A stretch of DNA of 32,835 nucleotides from Anaerolineae bacterium (GTDB lineage: Bacteria > Chloroflexota > Anaerolineae > JACIWP01): the NCBI GenBank assembly GCA_014360855.1, contig JACIWP010000001.1:1-32835 (forward strand). Direction: 5' to 3'. Position numbers and translations under genes: made by a program. Shown piece after piece: positions 1 through 7,167 of the stretch (positions within the stretch are counted from its first letter, which is position 1; the number at the start of each line of letters is the position of its first letter). Below the pieces are notes generated by a model, which was not told the origin of the DNA, did no database searches, and worked only from the letters and a program-made list of their open reading frames with translations.

Positions 1-1
1 G

Positions 2-1246
2 CAGACGGGCGGGTGGGCCGGCCTGCAGGATGCGCTGAGCACCGCTGTACCCATGATGGGCGCCGGGATGGGCCGGGGCCGCGGCGCGATGGGGCCGGCC
101 TGGCTCCCCATGGGCGTTATGGGCGCTTCATACCGGGTCATTGTGGCGGATGCCGGGGATGTGGTCGTGGCGGACACAGGCGCGCAGGATGCTATCGGCC
201 GGCGGCTGAAGCCGGAAGAGCGTTCCGCCGGCATCCCCATCGAATGGGACGGCCAGCGCATCGGCACTGTGCTGGTGCTCTTTGAGGCGACGGAAATCGA
301 ACAGCAGTTGGCCAGCCAGTTCCGGCAGGCGCTGGATCGTTCCCTGCTTATCTCGGTCATTGTGGCCGGCCTGGCGGCTATCGCCCTGGGGTTCCTCCTG
401 GCGCGGCAGATCCTGGCTCCCTTGAGACATCTGCGGCTGGCCGCGGTGCGCGTGGCCGCCGGCGATTTCTCCCAACGGGTTCGGGTCACCAGTCACGACG
501 AGGTGGGCGACCTGGCGCACACTTTCAATACCATGGCCGAGGCGTTGGGCCGGCAGGAGGAACTGCGCCGGCAGTTCATCGCCGATGTCTCCCATGAGCT
601 CCGCACGCCGCTGGCCATCATCCAGGCGCATCTCGAGGCGTTCTTGGACGATGTGTATCCGCTTACCAAAGAGAACATCGCCAATGTGCTGGACGAGGTT
701 ATGCTGTTGGGCCGGCTGACGGAGGACCTGCGCCAACTCGCGCTGGCTGAGGCCGGCCAACTTTCGCTCCAGCGCGAGCCGGTGGACCTGGCAACCTTTA
801 CGGCCGGCATCCTTGCCGGCCTGCTCCCACAGGCGCAGGAGCGGGGTATTGCTCTGCAGGCCAATGTGCCCGAGGGCCTTTCTCCCGTGTACGCCGATCC
901 CCAGCGTCTCAGCCAGGTTTTCCATAATTTGCTCAGCAATGCCCTGCGGCACACGCCGGCCGGCGGGCGGATCGAGATCCGTGCCCGGCCGGCGCCGCAG
1001 GCCGGCTATATCTCCATCCAGGTCGCGGATACGGGAAGCGGCATACCGCCCGACGAACTGCCCCACATCTTTGAGCGGTTTTATCGCGGTGACCGCTCCG
1101 AGCGTCGGGCGTATGGCGGCACAGGGCTGGGCCTGGCCATTGTGAAGCACCTCATCGAGGCACATGGTGGGCAGATCAGCGTGCAGAGCCGGCCCGGAGA
1201 AGGGACGACATTCACCTTTACCCTGCCGGCCGCCCGTGCGGCCTAG
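2..1246 (+). CDS. Sensor histidine kinase (HAMP + HisKA + HATPase_c), 5' end cut by the window edge
   Basis: The frame is open from nt 2 with no stop before the listed start at 53, so the sensor N-terminus probably lies upstream. TM helix LLISVIVAGLAAIALGFLLA, HAMP-like linker, H-box SHELRTPL, N-box HNLLSNALRHT, G1 DTGSGI, G2 GGTGLGLAIV. Confidence 0.9.
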   Translation, partial: QTGGWAGLQDALSTAVPMMGAGMGRGRGAMGPAWLPMGVMGASYRVIVADAGDVVVADTGAQDAIGRRLKPEERSAGIPIEWDGQRIGTVLVLFEATEIEQQLASQFRQALDRSLLISVIVAGLAAIALGFLLARQILAPLRHLRLAAVRVAAGDFSQRVRVTSHDEVGDLAHTFNTMAEALGRQEELRRQFIADVSHELRTPLAIIQAHLEAFLDDVYPLTKENIANVLDEVMLLGRLTEDLRQLALAEAGQLSLQREPVDLATFTAGILAGLLPQAQERGIALQANVPEGLSPVYADPQRLSQVFHNLLSNALRHTPAGGRIEIRARPAPQAGYISIQVADTGSGIPPDELPHIFERFYRGDRSERRAYGGTGLGLAIVKHLIEAHGGQISVQSRPGEGTTFTFTLPAARAA

Positions 1247-1995
1247 AAAAACCCCTCTCCGCCGTTGACGTGGATGACCTGCCCGGTGATCCATTCGGCG
1301 CGCGGGGAGGCCAGGAAGCGCACCACATAGGCGACATCCTCCGGCCGGCCCAGCCGGCCGACCGGGATATGCGCCACGAGGGCCGCCCGCCGCTCCTCCG
1401 AGTGGACAGCCAGCATATCGGTCTCGATACTGCCAGGAGCTACGGCGTTGACGGTGATGCCCTGGCTGGCGGTCTCCAGCGCCAAAGCGCGGGTCAGACC
1501 AACGATGCCGGCCTTGCTGGTGCCGTAGTGGGCTTCAACAGAAGTGCCGGCGAAGGCGTCAATGGAGGAGATGTTGATGATGCGGCCCCAGCGCTGGCGG
1601 CGCATATAGGGTAGGACGTACTGCGAGAGGATGAAGGGCGCCGTCAGGTTCACCGCCATCAGGCGGTGCCATTCCTCCAGGGTCAATTCCTCCACCGGCT
1701 GATGATGGTGCACGCCGGCGTTGTTGACCAGGATATCCACCCCGCCGAACCGGCTGACGGCAAACGCGACCAGCCCCTGTACCTGCGAGGGGTCTGCCAC
1801 GTTGGCGCCAAAGGCTTCCGCTTCGCCGCCGGCGGCGCGGATATCCTCCACCACGGCGCGCGCCAGGCTGGGATGGGTGCAGTAATTGACGACCACGCGG
1901 GCGCCGGCGTCGGCCAGCTCGCGGGCGATGGCCGCGCCGATGCCGCGCGACGCGCCGGTGACAAGGGCCGTCCGGCCGGCTAGTTCCTTCGACAT
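1243..1995 (-). CDS. Short-chain dehydrogenase/reductase, FabG-like (3-oxoacyl-ACP reductase family)
   Basis: Start trimmed from the track's 2121 to ATG 1995 (MSKELAGRTALVTGASRGIG), preceded by GGAGG. Classical SDR motifs TGxxxGIG, NNAG and YGTSK. The stop overlaps the convergent kinase stop by 4 nt. Confidence 0.9.
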   Translation of the reverse strand: MSKELAGRTALVTGASRGIGAAIARELADAGARVVVNYCTHPSLARAVVEDIRAAGGEAEAFGANVADPSQVQGLVAFAVSRFGGVDILVNNAGVHHHQPVEELTLEEWHRLMAVNLTAPFILSQYVLPYMRRQRWGRIINISSIDAFAGTSVEAHYGTSKAGIVGLTRALALETASQGITVNAVAPGSIETDMLAVHSEERRAALVAHIPVGRLGRPEDVAYVVRFLASPRAEWITGQVIHVNGGEGFF

Positions 1996-2028
1996 CCTGC
2001 ACCTCCTGAGGAAATGGGGTCTGATGGT

Positions 2029-2057
2029 GATATACCATATTCTGCCGGCGATGACAA
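2029..2057 (-). promoter_or_regulatory. Candidate sigma-70 promoter for the SDR gene (TTGTCA-17-TATATC)
   Basis: On the minus strand the -35 TTGTCA is the complement of 2052-2057, followed by a 17-nt spacer ending TGG, then the -10 TATATC (complement of 2029-2034). It lies about 30 nt upstream of the ATG at 1995. Confidence 0.4.
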
Positions 2058-2081
2058 CGCCTGCCCGGTGCAGAATGCAAA

Positions 2082-2109
2082 TTGCACAGGAGGGTGGGAT
2101 GGGTATAAT
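2082..2109 (+). promoter_or_regulatory. Candidate sigma-70 promoter for the radical-SAM operon (TTGCAC-16-TATAAT)
   Basis: -35 TTGCAC at 2082-2087, 16-nt spacer, -10 TATAAT at 2104-2109. The -35 sits inside nested inverted repeats GTGCA..TGCAA-A-TTGCAC (about 2068-2087). Confidence 0.45.
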
Positions 2110-2198
2110 GCGTGTGCACATCGGGCATCAGGACGCGCCCAGGCCGGTCGGCGCGTGCGAAGGGAAATCCTATCGTCTGGAGGACGTGATTACCACCA

Positions 2199-4100
2199 AT
2201 GGGGAATGTTGAGCGGCGGAGGCGTGCAGAGGCACCGCAGGTACAACTGAGCGCGGAGATACTGCTTCCGCAGGCCAAGCCGGCCCGCTACACGGGAGGT
2301 GAATGGAACGCGCGCCAGAAGGACTGGCGTGCCGCGGAGATACATCTGGCGCTGGCGTACCCCGACATCTACGATGTCGGCATGTCCAACCTGGGGTTTC
2401 AGATCCTGTATGAGATCGCCAATGACATTCCAGATGTGCTGTGCGACCGCGTCTATGCCCCCTGGGTGGATATGGAGGAAGCCATGCGCCGGCACGGCCT
2501 GCCCCTGTACGGGCTGGAGAGCCGCCGGCCGCTGGCAGAGTTCGATATCATCGGTTTTCAGCTTCCTTATGAGCTGAACATGACCAATGTGCTCCATATG
2601 CTGGACCTGGCCGGCCTGCCCCTCCTGTCGGCACAGCGCGATGAGGGGCATCCTCTGGTCATCGCCGGCGGGAGCGGCGCGTATCATCCCGAGCCAATGG
2701 CCGATTTCATCGACGCCTTTGCCATCGGCGATGGGGAAGAGGTGTTGGTCGAGATACTGGATGTGTATCGCGCCTGGCGCCGGCGTCCGCACCGCTTCCG
2801 CCTGCAACTGCTGGAGGAACTGGCGCGCCTGGAAGGGGTATATGTGCCGGCCTTTTACCGCCCGCGGTATGACAGCAAGGGGCGGTACCTGGGACTACAG
2901 CCTGTCCATCCCGACGCTCCGGAACGGGTATGCCGGCGGGTGGTGGAGCGCCTGCCGCTCGCGCCGGTGCGGCCGGTGGTGCCCTACATCAGCATCGTGC
3001 ATGACCGCGCCATGGTGGAGATCCAGCGCGGCTGTACCCAGGGGTGCCGGTTCTGCCAGGCCGGCATCATTTATCGGCCGGTGCGCGAGCGCTCGGTCGA
3101 GGAAATCTGCCGGCTGGCCCAGGAGTTGATCGATCATACCGGCTACGAGGAGCTGGGCCTGCTGTCCCTCAGCAGTGCGGATCATTCGCAGATCGTGGAG
3201 ATCATCCGCCGGCTCAAGGCGCAGTTCGCTGACCGGCCGCTTTCCTTATCCTTACCCTCCCTGCGGGTGGATTCCTTCTCGGTGGAGCTGGCCAACATGA
3301 TACAGGAGCGCCGGCGCAGCGGCTTGACCTTCGCGCCGGAGGCCGGTAGTCAGCGCCTGCGCGACGTCATCAACAAAAAGGTGCGGGCGGAGGACCTGTT
3401 CCAGGCGACAGAGGCGGCCTTCCAGAGCGGCTGGCTGCGCATCAAGCTGTACTTCATGATCGGCCTGCCCACGGAAACGGTGGAGGATGTGCGCGCCATT
3501 GGGGAGCTGGTGCGGGAGGTGCTGGATATCGGCCGACGGTATGCCGGCCGGCGCGCCCAGGTGGCCGTCAGCGCCGCCACCTTCGTCCCCAAGCCGCATA
3601 CCCCGTTCCAGTGGGTTCCGCTGGTGGCGGAGGATACCCTTGCGGAGCATATTGCAGTCCTGCAGGATGCCACCCGGGTGAAAGGGGTTCATCTGAGCTG
3701 GCATGCGCCCATCACCTCCTTGCTGGAGGCGGCGCTGGCGCGGGGGGACCGCCGGCTGGGCCAGGTAATTCATCGGGCCTGGCAGTTGGGTGCCAAGTTC
3801 GATGCCTGGGAGGAGCAGTTCCGGCCGGCGGCCTGGGAACAGGCATTCGCCGAGAACGGCCTGCACCCGGATGACTTCGCCCGCCGGCCGCTGGATTATG
3901 CCGACGCCCTGCCGTGGGACCATATTGACGCCGGCGTGACGAAGGCTTTCTTATGGGCGGAGTATCAGCGGGCACTGCGGGGCGAGATCCTGAGCGACTG
4001 CCGCGAGGTCTGTCACGGATGTGGGATTCGCGGCCGCTTCCACCTGCTGGCATGTCCACTGCTGGCCGAGGAGCCGGCGGCGGAGGGGAAGCCGGCATGA
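2199..4100 (+). CDS. Radical SAM protein of the uncharacterised family I recall as TIGR03960 (B12-binding-like N-domain plus rSAM core)
   Basis: 633 aa. N-terminal KPARYTGGEWN signature. CxxxCxxC cluster motif CTQGCRFC (Cys codons at 3033, 3045, 3054). Stop overlaps the next start (ATGA at 4097-4100). Confidence 0.88.
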   Translation: MGNVERRRRAEAPQVQLSAEILLPQAKPARYTGGEWNARQKDWRAAEIHLALAYPDIYDVGMSNLGFQILYEIANDIPDVLCDRVYAPWVDMEEAMRRHGLPLYGLESRRPLAEFDIIGFQLPYELNMTNVLHMLDLAGLPLLSAQRDEGHPLVIAGGSGAYHPEPMADFIDAFAIGDGEEVLVEILDVYRAWRRRPHRFRLQLLEELARLEGVYVPAFYRPRYDSKGRYLGLQPVHPDAPERVCRRVVERLPLAPVRPVVPYISIVHDRAMVEIQRGCTQGCRFCQAGIIYRPVRERSVEEICRLAQELIDHTGYEELGLLSLSSADHSQIVEIIRRLKAQFADRPLSLSLPSLRVDSFSVELANMIQERRRSGLTFAPEAGSQRLRDVINKKVRAEDLFQATEAAFQSGWLRIKLYFMIGLPTETVEDVRAIGELVREVLDIGRRYAGRRAQVAVSAATFVPKPHTPFQWVPLVAEDTLAEHIAVLQDATRVKGVHLSWHAPITSLLEAALARGDRRLGQVIHRAWQLGAKFDAWEEQFRPAAWEQAFAENGLHPDDFARRPLDYADALPWDHIDAGVTKAFLWAEYQRALRGEILSDCREVCHGCGIRGRFHLLACPLLAEEPAAEGKPA

Positions 4101-4852
4101 ACGAACCGAGCGCCCCCTGCCGCCTGCGGGTTGTGTATGCCCATGGGCCTCAGCTCCAGTATATCTCTCACCTAGACCTGATCCGGGTCTTCGAGCGCGC
4201 CGTGCGGCGGGCGCGCCTGCCCCTGGCCTATACCCAGGGGTTCAACGCCCGGCCGCGCATCAGCATGGCATCGCCTCTGCCGGTGGGCATGGCCGGCGAG
4301 AGGGAGCTGGCGGACTTTTACCTCACGGAGCGGGTTCCCGCGGGGGAATTTCTGTCCCGCCTCGCGCCGCAACTTCCACCCGGTCTGACGCTCCTCTCGG
4401 TAGAAGAGGTGCCGCGTCAGGGACCGTCGCTGGCCTCGCTCGTGCGGGCGGCGCGCTATCGCGCCGTACTGCCGGCGCATTATTCCCTGGCCGAAGTCCA
4501 ACAGCGGATAAATGAGCTGTTACAGCAGGCGGTTCTGCCGCGCACGCGGCGCGCGAAAAAGGGCCGGCCGACGGACTATGACCTACGGCCGTTGATTCAG
4601 GCGCTGACGGTCGAGCCTGGGGCCGATGGGCCGGTGGTGCGCATGACGCTGGCCGCACTGCCGGGAGCCACCGGCCGGCCGGAAGAGGTGCTGGATGCGC
4701 TGGGATATCCGCCGGCCAGAGCCTCCATCGTGCGGGAGGAGATCATCCTGGCTCCGCACGCAGAGGCCCCGGCCGGGGAAGCGGGCTTGCTGGAAGATGT
4801 CGGGGAAGTCTCCGACGAATCAGGGGATTTCGCCGGCGAGGATGCGCCGTAG
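4097..4852 (+). CDS. Radical SAM-linked protein (DUF2344; family I recall as TIGR03936)
   Basis: Start trimmed from the track's 3953 to ATG 4097 (MNEPSAPCRLRVVYAHGPQLQYISHLDLIRVFERAVRRARLPLAYTQGFNARPRI, the typical family N-terminus). ATGA coupling to the upstream rSAM gene. Acidic disordered C-terminal tail. Confidence 0.85.
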   Translation: MNEPSAPCRLRVVYAHGPQLQYISHLDLIRVFERAVRRARLPLAYTQGFNARPRISMASPLPVGMAGERELADFYLTERVPAGEFLSRLAPQLPPGLTLLSVEEVPRQGPSLASLVRAARYRAVLPAHYSLAEVQQRINELLQQAVLPRTRRAKKGRPTDYDLRPLIQALTVEPGADGPVVRMTLAALPGATGRPEEVLDALGYPPARASIVREEIILAPHAEAPAGEAGLLEDVGEVSDESGDFAGEDAP

Positions 4853-5782
4853 TTTGTCGTTGGGCAGGTTCCCCCCGGATATGACGCAGACCACCTTGCC
4901 GTGCCCGGCATGGCCGGCCAGCGCGGCAGCCACCGGGATGGCGCCGGCGCCCTCCGCGATAATGTGATTCTTTTCCGCCAGCAGGGCGATGGCATCGGCG
5001 ATCTGCCGCAGGCTGACCACGCAGGCGGAATCCACCACTTGCTGGACCACCGGCCACATCTGCGGGAAAACCGACGGCGAGCCGATGGCGTCCACAAAGC
5101 TCGGGGTGTGCGGGACCTGCACCATACGGCCGGCGGCCAGCGATGGGGTCAGCGGCGCGCCGGTCTCCACCTCGGCGGCAATGAGCCGGACGTCCGGGCG
5201 CAGGGCGCGCAGGACGGAGCCAACCCCACAGCTTAACCCTCCCCCGCCGTAAGAGACCACGATCGCGGAAACGTCCGGCAGATCCTCCAGGATTTCGAGG
5301 GCGATGGTGCCGTTGCCGGCGATGACATCCGGGTCGGCGAAGGGATGGATGAACAGCCCTTCCATACCCTCCATCCGCCAGGTCTTCTGCGCCTGGAAAT
5401 ACACCTCCCAGGGGAGCTTGATGAAGCGGGCGCCCAGGCGCTCCACGGCCTGCACCTTCAGGTCGGAGGTGGTATTGGGGCCGACGACGGTGCAGGGGAT
5501 GCCCAGCCGGCGGGCGTACCAGGCGACGCTCTGGGCCATGTTGCCCGTGCTGGCGGTCCACACGCCTTTCGCCAGCTCTTGGGGGCTGGCGGAGAGCATG
5601 GCGTTGCCGGCGCCGCGCAGTTTGAAGGAGCCGACCGGCTGGAGGTTCTCCAGCTTCAGGTAGATCTCCGCCGGCGCATCGGGCACGTTCAGGCGTACCA
5701 GCGGGGTGCGGATGGGGCCGCCGGCCAGCCGCTGGCGCGCGGCATAGACTTCCTCTATGGAGACAAGGCGCGGCTCTTTCAT
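4820..5782 (-). CDS. PLP-dependent fold-type II enzyme, threonine/serine dehydratase-like
   Basis: 320 aa. PLP-lysine motif GSFKLRGA, glycine loop SYGGGGL. Starts 5 nt downstream of the OCD-family gene on the same strand. Its 3' end overlaps the convergent DUF2344 gene by 33 nt. Confidence 0.88.
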   Translation of the reverse strand: MKEPRLVSIEEVYAARQRLAGGPIRTPLVRLNVPDAPAEIYLKLENLQPVGSFKLRGAGNAMLSASPQELAKGVWTASTGNMAQSVAWYARRLGIPCTVVGPNTTSDLKVQAVERLGARFIKLPWEVYFQAQKTWRMEGMEGLFIHPFADPDVIAGNGTIALEILEDLPDVSAIVVSYGGGGLSCGVGSVLRALRPDVRLIAAEVETGAPLTPSLAAGRMVQVPHTPSFVDAIGSPSVFPQMWPVVQQVVDSACVVSLRQIADAIALLAEKNHIIAEGAGAIPVAAALAGHAGHGKVVCVISGGNLPNDKLRRILAGEIP

Positions 5783-5787
5783 AACGT

Positions 5788-6777
5788 CTATGACTCGATA
5801 GTGAGGCCCAGGCCGGCCTGCCTGGCCTTGCGGTAGGCCAGCAGGGCGATGGCGGTGTCCTGGATGCCGACGCCGGTCAGATCGCAGACGGTGATCTCAT
5901 CCGGGGAGGTGCGGCCGGGCTTGACGCCGGCGGTCAGCTCGCCCAGCTCGTCCACCGGGTCGTTCTCCGTCAGCAGGCCGGCTTTCAAGGCGAAGGCATG
6001 TTCCCCCAGCCGGAAAACCTGGGATTTCAAGTCGCAGACCCGGCGGTCGGCGCGGACCAGCACCTCCGGATAGAGCTCCTGCTTGTGCCCATTATCGGCG
6101 CCGACGGCGGTGATATGCAGGCCGGGGTGCAGCCATTCCGCCCGGACGATAGGGGTGGTGGAGGGGGTAGTGGTGACGACGATATCGCTCTGCCGCACCA
6201 GGGTCTCGGCGTCTGGCGCCGGCTCAATGGGGATGCCCCCCAGGGCTGGGAGCATGTCGTTGATGTACGCCTGCACATGTTCCGGACTGCGGGCATAGAC
6301 CAGGACGCGCTGGAAGCGGCGCACCTGCTGGAGGGCAAGGAGCTGGAAGCGTGCCTGCCGGCCGGCGCCGATGATGCCGACGGTGTGAATATCCTCGCGA
6401 GCCAGGTACTGGGCGGCGATGGCGCCGGCGGCCCCGGTGCGCACATGCGTCAGGTAGCCGTTATCCAGCAGGACCGCCTGGGGGAAGCCGGTCTCCGAAT
6501 GGAAGAGGAGCATCAACCCACTGCCCGAAGGAAGGCCGCGCTTGGGGTTATCGAAAAAGCCGGAGGCGATTTTCACGGCGAAGCTGTCGAAGCCCTGAAT
6601 GTAGGCGGATTTGACGTGCATCTCGCCGTGATGGTCGGGCACTGGGATGCTCATGATGGGCGTGATGGCCCTTCCCTGGTACAGGGCGGTGAAGGCTTCG
6701 GCGACGGCGGCGATCGATTCGTGGTTCAGCGTCACGCACTGGCGGATCTCGTTTTCTTTGAGGACGGTGATTTGCAT
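5788..6777 (-). CDS. Ornithine cyclodeaminase / mu-crystallin family NAD(P)-dependent enzyme
   Basis: 329 aa. Rossmann motif VGIIGAGRQARFQL and the family-typical N-terminal substrate domain. GGAGG RBS (complement of 6783-6787) upstream of ATG 6777. Confidence 0.88.
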   Translation of the reverse strand: MQITVLKENEIRQCVTLNHESIAAVAEAFTALYQGRAITPIMSIPVPDHHGEMHVKSAYIQGFDSFAVKIASGFFDNPKRGLPSGSGLMLLFHSETGFPQAVLLDNGYLTHVRTGAAGAIAAQYLAREDIHTVGIIGAGRQARFQLLALQQVRRFQRVLVYARSPEHVQAYINDMLPALGGIPIEPAPDAETLVRQSDIVVTTTPSTTPIVRAEWLHPGLHITAVGADNGHKQELYPEVLVRADRRVCDLKSQVFRLGEHAFALKAGLLTENDPVDELGELTAGVKPGRTSPDEITVCDLTGVGIQDTAIALLAYRKARQAGLGLTIES

Positions 6778-6815
6778 AGGTGCCTCCTGGGAATATAAAA
6801 TGGGTCGCGCATGGG

Positions 6816-6827
6816 TTGATATATCAA
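6816..6827. promoter_or_regulatory. Perfect 12-bp palindrome TTGATATATCAA, operator-like, in the leader of the OCD operon
   Basis: Self-complementary by direct reading. The octamer ATATATCA recurs at 6840-6847, 21 bp away (two helical turns), overlapping the minus-strand -10. Confidence 0.35.
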
Positions 6828-6838
6828 ATTACGATGAT

Positions 6839-6867
6839 AATATATCACCATACATGAGGGCTGTCAA
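6839..6867 (-). promoter_or_regulatory. Candidate sigma-70 promoter for the OCD/PLP operon (TTGACA-17-TATATT)
   Basis: On the minus strand the -35 TTGACA is the complement of 6862-6867, followed by a 17-nt spacer, then the -10 TATATT (complement of 6839-6844). It sits in an AT-rich island about 60 nt upstream of ATG 6777. Confidence 0.5.
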
Positions 6868-6907
6868 GCGCTGGGCGAGACCTTGCGCGCTATTGCACAA
6901 AGTCGGT

Positions 6908-6936
6908 TTGACAAAATCACGGATATCAGGTATACT
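6908..6936 (+). promoter_or_regulatory. Near-consensus sigma-70 promoter for the methyl-branch operon (TTGACA-17-TATACT)
   Basis: -35 TTGACA at 6908-6913, 17-nt spacer, -10 TATACT at 6931-6936. A second extended -10 (TGaTATAAT, 6967-6975) lies 30 nt downstream. The implied leader to the hdrA start is about 190-225 nt. Confidence 0.6.
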
Positions 6937-7167
6937 AATATTGTCCGTGTGATAAGAGTATGACTATGATATAATGCTGGTATGCAAACAGTATATTGAT
7001 TTTCAGAAGGCGCGCATCGGTTGCCTCAGACCTCTGGATTACCTCACTGTATGATTGGGAATCAGCCCCTCGCGGTGGAGCGAGCGGTTGAGCGGAATAG
7101 CCAGGTTTGATTGCGATGGGTCCGGCGTGAACGACCACTGAAACCTCGAGAGCAAGGAGAGAACAAG

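Noticed and set aside
128-1294. 388-aa minus-strand ORF antisense to the histidine kinase, plus similar antisense or off-frame ORFs in hdrA (7897-8859, 9190-10332)
   Set aside because: GC-bias artefacts. The sense frames carry the H/N/G boxes and the HdrA motifs respectively.
4820-4852. 33-nt convergent overlap of the DUF2344 and PLP-enzyme 3' ends, and the 4-nt overlap of the kinase and SDR stops
   Set aside because: Both reading frames are well supported up to their stops. Small convergent overlaps are common in compact high-GC genomes, and I see no evidence of a frameshift or pseudogene.
6816-6827. TTGATATATCAA as an FNR box
   Set aside because: The FNR consensus is TTGAT-N4-ATCAA. Here the half-sites are separated by only 2 nt, so it is not a canonical FNR site. 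It is reported only as a generic palindrome.
6781-7010. AT-rich islands (here and at 17340-17530) as signs of a horizontally acquired island or mobile element
   Set aside because: They are short and coincide exactly with promoter and leader regions. No integrase, transposase, tRNA or flanking direct repeats are present, and the gene composition on both sides looks uniform.
6647-7138. Small ORFs spanning the AT-rich intergenic region (6647-6952 plus strand, 6935-7138 minus strand)
   Set aside because: They run through promoter elements, have no RBS, and their composition simply mirrors the AT-rich DNA. They are more likely non-coding regulatory sequence.
6940-7167. Possible THF, ZTP (pfl) or cobalamin riboswitch in the hdrA leader, and likewise in 17370-17480
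   Set aside because: I could not find the conserved cores I remember for these classes (for example the B12 box, or the ZTP 3' CCGCCUGGGC-like element). They are kept only as 'unassigned structured leader' in the findings, and cmscan is needed.
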